A stretch of 64,000 nucleotides of DNA from Syntrophorhabdaceae bacterium (GCA_963666485.2 CAXXUO010000008.1:32001-96000), one strand, 5' to 3'; positions 29,575-39,766 are shown, numbered from the stretch's first letter. The notes: generated by a model not told the origin, from the sequence alone. A program made the numbers and translations.

Positions 29575-32169
29575 TTATTCAAGGGTCTGCTTCTCCTTCT
29601 CCTCGATGAAGAACTCGAAGACGTCCCCTTCCTGTATATCGTTATAATCTTCAAAAGAAATGCCGCACTCATATCCTGACTGCACTTCCTTGACATCGTC
29701 CTTGAATCGCTTGAGAGCGGCGATCTTCCCGACATGGAGCATCTGACCCCCGCGCATGACCCTGACCAGTGAATTGCGTGTCGCTTTTCCTTCGGTCACA
29801 TACGAACCGGCGATCATGCCGATACGGGAGACCGAGTAGGTCTTTCTTACCTCGGCCTTGCCTATCGTCGTTTCCACTATCTTCGGTGCCAGCATTCCTT
29901 CCATGGCTTTTTTCACTTCATCTATCATCTCGTAGATGATCGAATAGTGCCTGATATCGACCTTTTCCTGTTCGGCGAGGGCCTGCGCCTTCGCGACCGG
30001 GCGTACGTTGAAACCGATGATGATCGACCCCGAGGCCATTGCCAGGTTCACGTCGGTTTCCGTAATTGCCCCGACGCCGCTGTGCGTGATCTGGACCTCG
30101 ACCGCATTGGTCGAAAGCTTCTTCAGGGACCCGGCTATGGCGTCGATCGTGCCGCGGACATCGCCCTTCACGATGACATTAAGGAATACCTTCTCGGTTT
30201 CCCCGATCTTCGAATAGAGGTCCTCGAGGGTCGTACGGGCGCTCTTCAAGGCCTCCCGCTCACGGAGACGCTCCTGCCTGAACTTGGAGAGCTCCTTGGC
30301 ATAGCGCTCTTCTGTCGTGACGATAAAGCGGTCGCCGCCGTGGGGAACATCCTGGAATCCGACCACAAGAACAGGGGTTGCCGGCGGTGCCGTCTGGATC
30401 CTCTGCCCCTTGTCGTCGATCATTGCGCGAACACGCCCGAATGTCATGCCGGAGATGAACGGGTCCTGTATCTTCAGCGTGCCTTCCTGAATGATCACCG
30501 TACCGATAGGGCCGTGTCCTTTGTCCAGTTCGCTTTCGATCACGGTGCCGCGCGCGAGCTTATCCGGGTTCGCGGTGAGCTCCAGCATTTCGGACTGCAG
30601 GACGATGAGTTCGAGGAGTTCCTTGATGCCTTCTTTCTTCTTGGCCGAGATCTTGGCAAAAAGCGTCGTGCCTCCCCATTCCTCGGGAATGAGATTCTGC
30701 TCGGCCAGTTCTTTCATCACCTTATCTATATTCGCGTTCTGTTTATCGATCTTATTGACCGCGACAATTATGGGGACTTCGGCGCTGCGGGCATGGTTGA
30801 TCGCCTCGATCGTCTGCGGCATCACACCATCGTCAGCGGCAACGACGAGGATGACAATATCCGTGACGAGCGCACCGCGGGCACGCATGGCGGTAAACGC
30901 TTCGTGGCCCGGGGTATCGACAAACACGATCTGCTTGCCGTCAAGGTTGACCTTGTATGCGCCTATGTGCTGCGTAATGCCGCCTGCCTCACGCTCGGCC
31001 ACATTGGTGTCGCGTATCGTGTCGAGAAGGAGGGTCTTGCCGTGGTCGACGTGCCCCATGATAGTGACGACGGGCGGCCTCGGTTTCAGGTTCTCCTGGC
31101 TTTCTTTTTCCTCTTCTTCCCGTGCGAGGAATTCTTCTTCTATGGATACGATCTTCTCTACCTCGTACCCGAACTCGGTGGCCGCGAGGTATGCGGTATC
31201 GTAGTCTATCGATTTATTGACCGTTGCCATGACCCCGAGGGGCAGGAGCTTTATGATGATGTCCTGCGCCTTGACGTTCATTCTGCGGGCGAGTTCGCCG
31301 ACCGTTATCTCGTCGCTAACTTTGACGACGCGGCGTGCCGCCTTCTGTTCCGGCTTCTTTTCTTCTTCAATCCTTCTCTCGGCACCGCGGTCTCCCCTGC
31401 GGTCTTTTCTGAACGAACCGGTCTTTGGACGCTGACGCCTGAACGAATACAGGTCTTCTTCCTTTATGACGACCTTTCGTTTCAGGGCACCTTTTTTCTT
31501 GTCCTTGGACTCCTCTGCCTCCTGCTCTTCTATCTTCTTGAGGAGTTTTTCCGTCTTCTTTTTCTGACGCTCGGGCCCCTCGCCTTCCTCCCCTTCGACG
31601 GCCTTGAAATCTTTTTCGAGGTCCTGCTTGTACGCCTCTTCAAGGACCTTGGTTATCTCTTTTTCCTTTTCTTCGGCAATATGCTCGATATCGCCTTTCG
31701 GGGCGGTGTCTTCGGGAGCGGCTGCGACCTCATGCCCGGCTTCGGGCCCGGCCTCGGCAGCTTCCCGCGGACGCTCTTCTATATGGACATGGAGGTCCTC
31801 GGGCATTTTCCTCGGGACTTCATGCACGGTTTCTTCTTCAGACGCAGGTGCCCTGGCGGCCCTTTTGCGTGTGGGAGCCTTGATCGAAACAGGTTCAGCG
31901 TTCTTATCTTCTCCCGTTTCTCTCGCTTCTTCTTTCGGTTCTTCCTTTGGCCTTTGCGGTGCCTGAACGCGTCGCCTGATGATCGTCGATGCGACCCGGG
32001 TCTCGACAAGTCTCTCCCCCGACGGGGAGGTTTCGACCTTAGCGGGTTCGTGGGACAACTCGCCTTCTTTTGGCTTGTCCTTGATCTTTACGCCGATCTT
32101 TTTGAGCTTCGCGAGTATTTCGTCATCGCTTGCCTTATCAGTAAGAGCCGTGATCTTAATTTTCGTCAT
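29575..32169 (-). CDS. infB: Translation initiation factor IF-2
   Basis: MGHVDHGKT, GGITQHIGAY, DTPGHEAF, NKID, LKRFKDDVKEV. Confidence 0.98.
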   Translation of the reverse strand: MTKIKITALTDKASDDEILAKLKKIGVKIKDKPKEGELSHEPAKVETSPSGERLVETRVASTIIRRRVQAPQRPKEEPKEEARETGEDKNAEPVSIKAPTRKRAARAPASEEETVHEVPRKMPEDLHVHIEERPREAAEAGPEAGHEVAAAPEDTAPKGDIEHIAEEKEKEITKVLEEAYKQDLEKDFKAVEGEEGEGPERQKKKTEKLLKKIEEQEAEESKDKKKGALKRKVVIKEEDLYSFRRQRPKTGSFRKDRRGDRGAERRIEEEKKPEQKAARRVVKVSDEITVGELARRMNVKAQDIIIKLLPLGVMATVNKSIDYDTAYLAATEFGYEVEKIVSIEEEFLAREEEEKESQENLKPRPPVVTIMGHVDHGKTLLLDTIRDTNVAEREAGGITQHIGAYKVNLDGKQIVFVDTPGHEAFTAMRARGALVTDIVILVVAADDGVMPQTIEAINHARSAEVPIIVAVNKIDKQNANIDKVMKELAEQNLIPEEWGGTTLFAKISAKKKEGIKELLELIVLQSEMLELTANPDKLARGTVIESELDKGHGPIGTVIIQEGTLKIQDPFISGMTFGRVRAMIDDKGQRIQTAPPATPVLVVGFQDVPHGGDRFIVTTEERYAKELSKFRQERLREREALKSARTTLEDLYSKIGETEKVFLNVIVKGDVRGTIDAIAGSLKKLSTNAVEVQITHSGVGAITETDVNLAMASGSIIIGFNVRPVAKAQALAEQEKVDIRHYSIIYEMIDEVKKAMEGMLAPKIVETTIGKAEVRKTYSVSRIGMIAGSYVTEGKATRNSLVRVMRGGQMLHVGKIAALKRFKDDVKEVQSGYECGISFEDYNDIQEGDVFEFFIEEKEKQTLE

Positions 32170-32197
32170 TCCTGTTCCTTCCTTGCTCCCTTAAGGC

Positions 32198-33634
32198 TCA
32201 TTCGCCGTTTGAAACGTTCGTTTCGTCCTTTTGAGCCTCTGATTCATGCCGCTCTTCCTCGAGCCGGCCCCCGGCACCTCCTTCTTCGGTTGTTGTTTCG
32301 GTTGTTTCCGTGGTTGTCGTTTCAGTTGTTTCTGTCAGGGAAGCAGACACTTCCTTGTTCTCTTCAGCGGCTTGTTTCTCTTCCTGTGCCTTCTGCGCCT
32401 TCTGCACCATGATCGCCCGCGCCTCGTCAATGATGCGCCTGCAATCCTCGACCGAGATGCTCGTGATCTTGTTCATCTCTTCCGGTGTCAGCTTGGCAAT
32501 ATCCTTCGGATCGCGCAGGTACTCGTCGTGCAGTATGCGTGCGAGTATCTCGCTCACTTTCAGGTTCTCGATGAGTTCATCGATTATCTTCTTGGACGTC
32601 TTTTCGACCTCGGATTCGCTCGAGATATCGATCTTCCAGCTTGTCAGCTTCGACGCCAGCCGGACATTCTGCCCTTTCTTGCCGATCGCGAGGGAGAGTT
32701 GGTCGTCATTGACGATGATCTCCATCGAATGTTCTTCTTCGTTGATGTACACCTTCGATACCCTGGCCGGCGCGAGCGTGTTGCAGACGAACTTCGCGAT
32801 ATCCTTGCTGTAGGGTATGATATCTATCTTCTCGCCCCTGAGTTCCTGGACGATGCTCTGCACGCGCGACCCCTTGACACCGACGCAAGCACCGATCGGA
32901 TCGATGTCGGGATCTTCGCTGTATACCGATATCTTCGCTCGTTCGCCCGGTTCCCGTGCGGCGCCGATGATCTTTATGATCCCTTCCTGGATCTCCGGGA
33001 CCTCGAGCTCGAAAAGCTTCATGAGAAAACCGGGATGCGTCCTCGACATGAGGATCATGCACCCTTTCTGGCCCTTTTCCACGTCGAGTATCAGGCCTTT
33101 CACCCGCTCTCTCTGGCGGAAGGTCTCGCCCGGTATGACCTCCTTGTAGGGCATGATCGCTTCGGTCCTTCCGAGGTTGACTATGTAGTGGTTCTTCTCG
33201 ACCCTCTGGATGACGCCCGTTATGATCTCGCCTTTCTTGCTCTTGAACTCATTATAGATGACGTCGCTTTCCGCGTTCCTCACCTTCTGTATGATGATCT
33301 GTTTGGCGGTCTGGGCCGCGATGCGGCCAAGGGACGACGTATCGAGCTTGATGCCTATGGCGTCGCCGATCATGCATTCCGGGTCGTGTTTCCTCGCCTC
33401 TTCTTCAATGACCTCCATGTCCGGTTCATGCACTTCTTCGACAACGGTCTTGAACTGGAACACCTCTATTTCGCCCAGTTCTTCGTTATAATGGGCCTCG
33501 AGGTCCAGATGGCTGCCATATTTCTTTTTTGAAGCAGATAGAATAGCTTCCTCGAGAGCCTCGATTATCGTCTCTTTCGGGATGCCCTTTTCCTTCCCCA
33601 CCTGCTCAATGACATAATTGAGATCAAAATACAT
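32198..33634 (-). CDS. nusA: Transcription factor NusA
   Basis: GRIAAQTAKQ, SRTHPG, AREPGERAK, GACVG, LAIGKKGQNVRLA. Confidence 0.98.
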   Translation of the reverse strand: MYFDLNYVIEQVGKEKGIPKETIIEALEEAILSASKKKYGSHLDLEAHYNEELGEIEVFQFKTVVEEVHEPDMEVIEEEARKHDPECMIGDAIGIKLDTSSLGRIAAQTAKQIIIQKVRNAESDVIYNEFKSKKGEIITGVIQRVEKNHYIVNLGRTEAIMPYKEVIPGETFRQRERVKGLILDVEKGQKGCMILMSRTHPGFLMKLFELEVPEIQEGIIKIIGAAREPGERAKISVYSEDPDIDPIGACVGVKGSRVQSIVQELRGEKIDIIPYSKDIAKFVCNTLAPARVSKVYINEEEHSMEIIVNDDQLSLAIGKKGQNVRLASKLTSWKIDISSESEVEKTSKKIIDELIENLKVSEILARILHDEYLRDPKDIAKLTPEEMNKITSISVEDCRRIIDEARAIMVQKAQKAQEEKQAAEENKEVSASLTETTETTTTETTETTTEEGGAGGRLEEERHESEAQKDETNVSNGE

Positions 33635-33636
33635 CG

Positions 33637-34107
33637 TTACTCCTCAATATCAAACTCCAAATGTGCCTTTTTTATAGCACATATCGGGATTGTAAACATA
33701 CCTATTTTTTCCTGTATCAGGAGGTCCTCAGCGGTTGTATCCGCTATCTTCCCGACGAACTCGTGCCTGCCTTCAACTTCCTCGCGGGTGATTATCCGGC
33801 ATTTCTTTCCCCGGTACCGGATGAAGTCTTCGCGTTTCTTCAAAGCCCGCGTCAAACCGGGCGAAGAGACCTCCAGGGTATACGGGTGTTCTATCGGGTC
33901 TTCGACGTCGAGCGCCCGGCTCAATTCGCGGCTGACATACTCGCAGTCGTCGATGGTGACCCCACCCTCTTTGTCAATGAAGATGCGCAGGAGCCAGCGT
34001 TTCCCCGAACTACGGAATTCCACTTCAACCAGCTCCAGAAGCCGCTCTTCAAGTATGGGTGCAACAATGGCCTCTATCTTTTCTATGGTTTCCGTGGCGG
34101 ATATCAT
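33637..34107 (-). CDS. rimP: Ribosome maturation factor RimP
   Basis: LRIFIDK, IDDCE, YTLEVSSPG. Confidence 0.95.
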   Translation of the reverse strand: MISATETIEKIEAIVAPILEERLLELVEVEFRSSGKRWLLRIFIDKEGGVTIDDCEYVSRELSRALDVEDPIEHPYTLEVSSPGLTRALKKREDFIRYRGKKCRIITREEVEGRHEFVGKIADTTAEDLLIQEKIGMFTIPICAIKKAHLEFDIEE

Positions 34108-34121
34108 CCTGGCTAAAAATT

Positions 34122-34145
34122 AAAAAAGCGGGCGGAACCCACTTT
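34122..34145 (-). promoter_or_regulatory. rimP-leader-type hairpin with U tract
   Basis: Minus strand AAAGTGGG-TTCCG-CCCGCTTTTTT just upstream of rimP. Confidence 0.55.
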
Positions 34146-34274
34146 ACGCTCATTCTTTTATCATAGATTTCGAGGGAATGCAATGATAAATACCAGCATT
34201 TTTATTGACTTTGCCATGACCGGAGGTTAAAACGAGAGGAAAGAAAAAGGATCCCGGGCATATAGACCGATATC

Positions 34275-35282
34275 ATGTACACCTATCGTTCCTATAATAA
34301 TCCGAAGCGGGTACTGGTGACAGGAGGGGCCGGTTTTATCGGCTCGCACCTGTGCGAGCGGCTTCTCGGTGACGGTCACGAGGTGATATGCCTCGACAAC
34401 TTCTTTACCGGGACCAAGAAGAATATAGAACACCTCATCGGATCGGCCCGGTTCGAGGCGGTCCGGCACGACATAACGCAGCCCGTCCTCCTCGAAGTGG
34501 ACTGGATATTCAACCTTGCCTGTCCCGCCAGCCCCATTCATTACCAGTACAACCCGGTGAAGACCATAAAGGTAAACGTCCTCGGTGCGCTCAATATCCT
34601 CGGCCTCGCAAAGAGGGTCCGGGCACGCGTGTTCCAGGCATCGACGAGCGAGATCTATGGCGATCCCGAGGTCCATCCCCAGACAGAAAACTACTGGGGA
34701 CATGTGAACCCCATCGGGAAGCGCAGCTGCTACGACGAGGGCAAGCGTGTGGCCGAGACCCTTTTCTTCGATTACATGCGGCAAAACAAGGTCGACATCA
34801 AGGTCGCCCGTATCTTCAACACGTACGGCCCGAGAATGCAGCCCGATGACGGGCGGGTCGTAAGCAATTTCATTGTCCAGGCGCTTGCCGGGAACCCCGT
34901 GACGATCTACGGCGACGGTTCGCAGACGCGTTCATTCACGTACATCGACGACATGATCGAGGCGATCATCCGTTTCATGGACTTCGAGACAAGCGGCGCC
35001 GTGAAGCCGGACGACTACACGGCCCCGGTTTTATCCGGTTTCCCCGGCCCCGTCAATCTCGGAAACCCCGACGAAACATCGATCGCCGACATCGCCCGGA
35101 CGGTTATCAACCTTACCGGTTCATCATCCGTCATCATTCACGAAAAACTCCCCGAGGACGACCCCCGGCAGCGCTGTCCCGACATCGCCCTCGCTAAGAA
35201 CACGCTTGGCTGGAACCCCGTGACAAAACTCGATGCGGGCCTCAAAAAAACGATAGAATATTTCCGGAAGGTAATGGCATGA
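34275..35282 (+). CDS. UDP-glucuronate decarboxylase family (extended SDR)
   Basis: [53 protein letters not shown]. Confidence 0.92.
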   Translation: MYTYRSYNNPKRVLVTGGAGFIGSHLCERLLGDGHEVICLDNFFTGTKKNIEHLIGSARFEAVRHDITQPVLLEVDWIFNLACPASPIHYQYNPVKTIKVNVLGALNILGLAKRVRARVFQASTSEIYGDPEVHPQTENYWGHVNPIGKRSCYDEGKRVAETLFFDYMRQNKVDIKVARIFNTYGPRMQPDDGRVVSNFIVQALAGNPVTIYGDGSQTRSFTYIDDMIEAIIRFMDFETSGAVKPDDYTAPVLSGFPGPVNLGNPDETSIADIARTVINLTGSSSVIIHEKLPEDDPRQRCPDIALAKNTLGWNPVTKLDAGLKKTIEYFRKVMA

Positions 35283-35524
35283 CCCGCGAAGAGCAGCTTA
35301 TCAGGGACGGCTGGGAAAAAAGGTTCATCGCCTGCGAGCCGAGGCTCACCGAGATGGCCGACATGTACCGGGAGATCGGCTTTGAAGTGCTCCTCGAACC
35401 CCTGCCCCCCAAAGAAGAAACCGCCGATACGGACTGTGACAGCTGCGATGAAAAAGGCTGTACCGTCTGCTACGACGCCGACACGGAGCGGTACAGGGTC
35501 ATATACACGAAAAGAAAAGAATAG
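35279..35524 (+). CDS. Small hypothetical protein with CxxC-x4-CxxC
   Basis: 81 aa, ATGA overlap with the upstream gene, [12 protein letters not shown]. Confidence 0.7.
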   Translation: MTREEQLIRDGWEKRFIACEPRLTEMADMYREIGFEVLLEPLPPKEETADTDCDSCDEKGCTVCYDADTERYRVIYTKRKE

Positions 35525-35739
35525 TTCAAGGTTCAAAGTTCAAGGTTCAAAGAAAGAACTAAAAGACTCCTTTATCGTCATTCCGGCGAAGAGTCTGAGC
35601 CCCAACCACTTAATGCCGTCATTCCGGCTTGCCGGAATGACGATGGCGTGGTGGATTCCGGCGTCAAGCACGGAACTACGCGAGAACCGACTATAGCGAT
35701 CGCTTTTTCCTTGAACCTTGAACCTTGAACCTTGAACTA
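35522..35739. repeat. Composite repeat: (GTTCAAR)4 ... REP-like palindromes ... (CTTGAAC)4
   Basis: Starts at the TAG of the left gene and ends at the TAG of the right gene; inner CGTCATTCCGGCTTGCCGGAATGACG (35617-35642). Confidence 0.88.
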
Positions 35740-36009
35740 TTTTTTAAACAGTTCTTTCCACTTCTTCTCCGCTTCCTCTTTCGCCGACGCGGCGGCCTTG
35801 CGCTCGGTGAAGCGGAAGTACTCGCAGAAGTTGGCCCTGTCCTTTTCTTTTACGAAATCTGCCTTGTCCTCCCTGCAGGAGTTGGATTTACCGGTGTCGT
35901 AAAAGATACAGTTCAGACATACGTGGAGGTCTTCGTGACATACCGGGCATTCATCCCGGAATGATATTGTGTCGCTTTCAATCGGCGTGCCGCACTTGTT
36001 GCATTTCAT
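35737..36009 (-). CDS. Cys-rich hypothetical protein (putative Zn-binding)
   Basis: CNKC, CPVC, CLNC plus two further Cys; abuts the HAD gene. Confidence 0.75.
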   Translation of the reverse strand: MKCNKCGTPIESDTISFRDECPVCHEDLHVCLNCIFYDTGKSNSCREDKADFVKEKDRANFCEYFRFTERKAAASAKEEAEKKWKELFKK

Positions 36010-36642
36010 TTAAAGCACCTCGAGGAGTTCCTTAAGGCCCGATATGGTCCGTCTTTCACCGGTATCCAGGGATCCGTTTATGTGATAAGACTCTATGCCG
36101 AGGCCGGCCGGGACGTCGTGATCGAACACCGGGTGATCTCCCACGTGGACCATGTCCCCCGATATGATCCCCATGTCGGCACAGAGCCTCCGGAAAAAAC
36201 CCTCTTCCTTCTTGATCATCCCGTAGTCGGTCGTCGCGGAGACAATACGGGTGAACAGACTGGCGATCCCCGTGTGATCGAGTTCCTTCTCCACGAATAT
36301 CCGCGCCGCATTGGAGGCTATGACCAGCGTGTAACGGCTGTGAAGCTCGCGAAGGACCTCGGCGGCATCCGGCATGAGGCTTATATACGATTCATACCTC
36401 GCGAGCAACTCTTCCGCCCCGACGTTCAAGGAGAAGCGTTTCAGCCAGTGCCTGATCTCGTACCAGAGGATATCGCCGTCCCCGACCGATTCATACTGGG
36501 CCCGGATATAACTCTTCGCTTCTTCGAACGTCATGCCGTACGCCTTCGCGTATTCGTCCGGTATGCCGTGGTTCCAGACCATGTCACCATAGCGGGCGTC
36601 TACGAGCGTCCCGTCGAGATCGAATGAGATAACCTTTTTCAT
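36010..36642 (-). CDS. HAD-superfamily hydrolase
   Basis: FDLDGTL, ASNA, HVGDHPVFD; start ATG 36642 (MKKVISFD). Confidence 0.88.
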   Translation of the reverse strand: MKKVISFDLDGTLVDARYGDMVWNHGIPDEYAKAYGMTFEEAKSYIRAQYESVGDGDILWYEIRHWLKRFSLNVGAEELLARYESYISLMPDAAEVLRELHSRYTLVIASNAARIFVEKELDHTGIASLFTRIVSATTDYGMIKKEEGFFRRLCADMGIISGDMVHVGDHPVFDHDVPAGLGIESYHINGSLDTGERRTISGLKELLEVL

Positions 36643-36649
36643 GGCGATT

Positions 36650-36658
36650 ATTATACCA
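36650..36658 (-). promoter_or_regulatory. Extended -10 promoter of the HAD gene
   Basis: TGG-TATAAT followed by 7 nt then ATG; no SD. Confidence 0.7.
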
Positions 36659-36768
36659 GATTCCCCCGGGTTTTTCCGGTAGGGCCGGGACCCGCGAAAA
36701 ACATTGCTTTCGGGTGGCAAGTTTGTTTTATTTAAATATCAGGCCAATAAACTCCACGGAGGAAGAAG

Positions 36769-37899
36769 ATGAAGAGAATACTCTGTGTCATGATCGCACT
36801 ATGCCTCTTTGTACCGGCGGGAGGGGTGGCCATTGCGAAGGAAACTGTTAAGGTCGGCCTTATCACTCCGCTCACAGGGGACGTGAAGACCTTCGGTGAA
36901 TCCATCAAAAACGCCTTCGCTATTGCAGTCGAAGAATATAATAAGAAAGGGAAATACACGGTCCAGACGGTCATTGCCGACGACCGCAACGACCCCACGG
37001 AAGGGGCGAACGCGGCCTTGAAGCTCGTCACCCAGGATAAAGTGGCGGCGATCATCGGCCCCGCCACATCCAAGGTCGCCATACCGGTAAGCGTCATTTC
37101 GACACAGAACAAGGTCCCCATGATAACAGGCACGGCGACGAACCCCAAGGTGACGGTGTCCGAAGGCAAGAGAAAACCGTATATCTTCAGGGCATGTTTC
37201 ATCGACCCGTTCCAGGGCGTCGTGGCAGCCAATTTTGCCTTAAAGGACCTCAAGGCGAAAACCGCTGCCGTTCTTTACGATGTAAGCAACGATTACTCCA
37301 AGGGCCTGGGAGAATATTTCAAGGCCACGTTTACGAAGAACAATGGAAAGATCGTGGCGTTCGAATCATACCAGAAGGACGATGTCGATTTCTCTGCCCT
37401 GATCACGAAGGTCGCCCTCAAGAAGCCGGACGTCGTCTTCCTCCCGGATTATTACAACAAGGTGGCGCTCATCGCGAGGCAGCTGCGCGAGAAGGGCGTC
37501 AAGGCTTCGCTCGTCGGCTCGGACGGATGGGATTCGCCCGAGCTTGTCAAGATCGGCGGAACCTCGATCATCGGCGGGTATTTCGTCAGCCACTATTCCC
37601 CCGACCGCAAGGACCCGGTCGCCGAGGCGTTCATCAAGAAATATAAGGCGCGCCACGGCATGGTGCCGGACGCCCTGGCTGCACTGACGTATGATGCCGC
37701 GGGGATCCTTTTCAAGGCCCTCGACGCCGCGAAAAATCCCCGGTCAGAGGAGCTTCTCAAGGTCCTCGCCCCGACAAAGGGCTACAAGGGTGTGACAGGG
37801 ACCATCAGTTTCGATGCAAACGGGGATGCTGTCAAGTCCGCGGTCATTCTCAAGGTTGAGCAAAGCGGTTTCAAGTACACGACGACAGTGAACCCTTAA
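36769..37899 (+). CDS. Branched-chain amino acid ABC transporter substrate-binding protein (LivJ/K family)
   Basis: Signal peptide, PLTG, FRACFIDPFQG, GSDGWD; heads the liv operon. Confidence 0.92.
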   Translation: MKRILCVMIALCLFVPAGGVAIAKETVKVGLITPLTGDVKTFGESIKNAFAIAVEEYNKKGKYTVQTVIADDRNDPTEGANAALKLVTQDKVAAIIGPATSKVAIPVSVISTQNKVPMITGTATNPKVTVSEGKRKPYIFRACFIDPFQGVVAANFALKDLKAKTAAVLYDVSNDYSKGLGEYFKATFTKNNGKIVAFESYQKDDVDFSALITKVALKKPDVVFLPDYYNKVALIARQLREKGVKASLVGSDGWDSPELVKIGGTSIIGGYFVSHYSPDRKDPVAEAFIKKYKARHGMVPDALAALTYDAAGILFKALDAAKNPRSEELLKVLAPTKGYKGVTGTISFDANGDAVKSAVILKVEQSGFKYTTTVNP

Positions 37900-37918
37900 A
37901 CTCGCGGCATATGTCCCG

Positions 37919-38821
37919 ATGGAGCAAGCCAGCTACATAGTCGCCCAGGTTATCAACGGCCTCCAGCTCGGCGCAGTGTATGCGCTCATTGCCCTCGGCT
38001 ACACCATGGTCTACGGCATCCTGAGGCTGATAAACTTCGCCCACGGGGACATCTTCATGCTGGGCGCGTTCGTCGCCTATTTCCTTATCTCCCGCTTCGG
38101 CATGCCCATATACCTCGTTTTCCTCGCGACCATGGCGGTCACGGCCCTTTCCGGGTACCTCATGGAAAAGATCGCTTACAAACCGCTTCGGAATGCGCCG
38201 AAGATATCGCTTCTCATCACCGCGGTCGGCGTATCGCTCTTTCTCGAGTATTTCTGCAGCTTGAGGCCGATATTCACACCCGATTACATAGGCTTTCCCC
38301 GTCCATTCGAGGTAGAGAGCTATAACTTTTCCATGGGCGGGCTCGAGTTTTCCTTCACCAATGTACAGGTGCTCATCTTTGCGATCACATTCTCGGCGCT
38401 GGTGCTCCTGTACCTTCTCATTTACAAAACAAAACAGGGGCAGGCTATGCGGGCCGTCTCCTATGACCGGGAGACCGCCGCGCTCATGGGGATAAACATT
38501 GACAACACGATATCTCTTACGTTCATGGTGGGCGCGGCGCTCGCGGGCATGGGAGGCATTCTCTACGGGATCGCCTACCCCCAGATAAATGTGTTCATGG
38601 GGATCATGCCGGGCATCAAGTCATTCATCGCGGCGGTCCTCGGGGGGATAGGCGTTATTCACGGTGCCGTGATCGGCGGTCTTATCGTCGGTGTGTCGGA
38701 GGTCATTGTGTCCGCTTTCCTTTCTTCGACATACAGGGACGGGGTCATTTTCATCATCCTCCTCATCGTCCTGCTCGTCAAGCCGAGCGGCATCTTTGGA
38801 AAGAGGATCGACAAGGTATGA
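37919..38821 (+). CDS. livH: Branched-chain amino acid ABC permease LivH
   Basis: YALIALGYTMVYGILRLINFAHG, AAVLGGIG, KPSGIFG. Confidence 0.92.
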   Translation: MEQASYIVAQVINGLQLGAVYALIALGYTMVYGILRLINFAHGDIFMLGAFVAYFLISRFGMPIYLVFLATMAVTALSGYLMEKIAYKPLRNAPKISLLITAVGVSLFLEYFCSLRPIFTPDYIGFPRPFEVESYNFSMGGLEFSFTNVQVLIFAITFSALVLLYLLIYKTKQGQAMRAVSYDRETAALMGINIDNTISLTFMVGAALAGMGGILYGIAYPQINVFMGIMPGIKSFIAAVLGGIGVIHGAVIGGLIVGVSEVIVSAFLSSTYRDGVIFIILLIVLLVKPSGIFGKRIDKV

Positions 38822-39756
38822 GATTTTTCTTCGAATCGAAGAAGCTCATCCTCCTTGCCCTGGCCATCTATATTGTGCTGCGGCTCACCTTCAGCTTCGG
38901 GATCTTCTCGGAGTACATCCAGCAGATCACCATCTACGTCTTCATCGTCATCCTCGCGGCCACAGGCCTCAATGTCATCTACGGCTACACCGGGCAATTT
39001 TCGCTCGGCCACGCCGCGTTTTACGGCATCGGAGCATACACCTCAGCCTACATTGCAAGTACGTCAGGCCTGGAAAGCACCCTCTTCTTTCCCCTCACGA
39101 TCCTTGCGGGAGGCGCGGCTGCCGCCATCGTCGCCTGCATCATCGGGATACCGATCTTGCGGCTGCGTGACGATTTCCTCGGGATCGCGACGCTCGGGTT
39201 CGGGATCCTCGTGCGCGTGTTCTTCGACAACTCCGACAAGATATCGGAGACCCTCGGCGGTTCACGCGGCTTTACAGGCATCCCGCGGCTGACGAACCTG
39301 GAGATAGCTTTTTTTGTCACGGTTTTCCTGCTCCTGGTCACCAGGAACCTCATCACCTCGCGGTACGGGCTATTCTGGCGATGTATCAGGGAAGATGAAA
39401 CGGCGAGCGCGTCGGTCGGGATAGACACGGCCCGCATGAAGCTCATGGCTTTTGTCTACGGCTGCTTCCTTGCCGGTGTCGCAGGGGCACTCTACGCGCA
39501 TCTTTACACTTTTCTCCACCCTTCCAACTTCGATTTCCTCAGGTCCATCGATTTTCTGATCATTGTCATCCTGGGAGGCATGGGGAACATTGCCGGCACG
39601 ATCTATGCCGTGCTTCTGTGGGTGGGCTTCATCGAGGGCCTCAGGATCGTCCTTCCTGCGAACATCCTTGACCTGAGGTGGGTTTTCATACCGCTTATGC
39701 TGATCATGCTCATGATGTGGAGGCCGTACGGTCTCATGACGCGGAAAAAGAGGTGA
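38818..39756 (+). CDS. livM: Branched-chain amino acid ABC permease LivM
   Basis: GYTGQFSLGHAAF, LRLRDDFLGIATLGF, IREDE, LGGMG. Confidence 0.92.
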   Translation: MRFFFESKKLILLALAIYIVLRLTFSFGIFSEYIQQITIYVFIVILAATGLNVIYGYTGQFSLGHAAFYGIGAYTSAYIASTSGLESTLFFPLTILAGGAAAAIVACIIGIPILRLRDDFLGIATLGFGILVRVFFDNSDKISETLGGSRGFTGIPRLTNLEIAFFVTVFLLLVTRNLITSRYGLFWRCIREDETASASVGIDTARMKLMAFVYGCFLAGVAGALYAHLYTFLHPSNFDFLRSIDFLIIVILGGMGNIAGTIYAVLLWVGFIEGLRIVLPANILDLRWVFIPLMLIMLMMWRPYGLMTRKKR

Positions 39757-39766
39757 AAAAGACGCC

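Noticed and set aside
29947..32412. 821-aa plus-strand ORF, and similar long ORFs at 187-1089, 19398-21050, 32246-33532, 56365-58596 and 58674-59876
   Set aside because: Antisense shadows of well-supported genes (infB, fliI, NTase, nusA, ntpA, ntpB) with no recognisable motifs.
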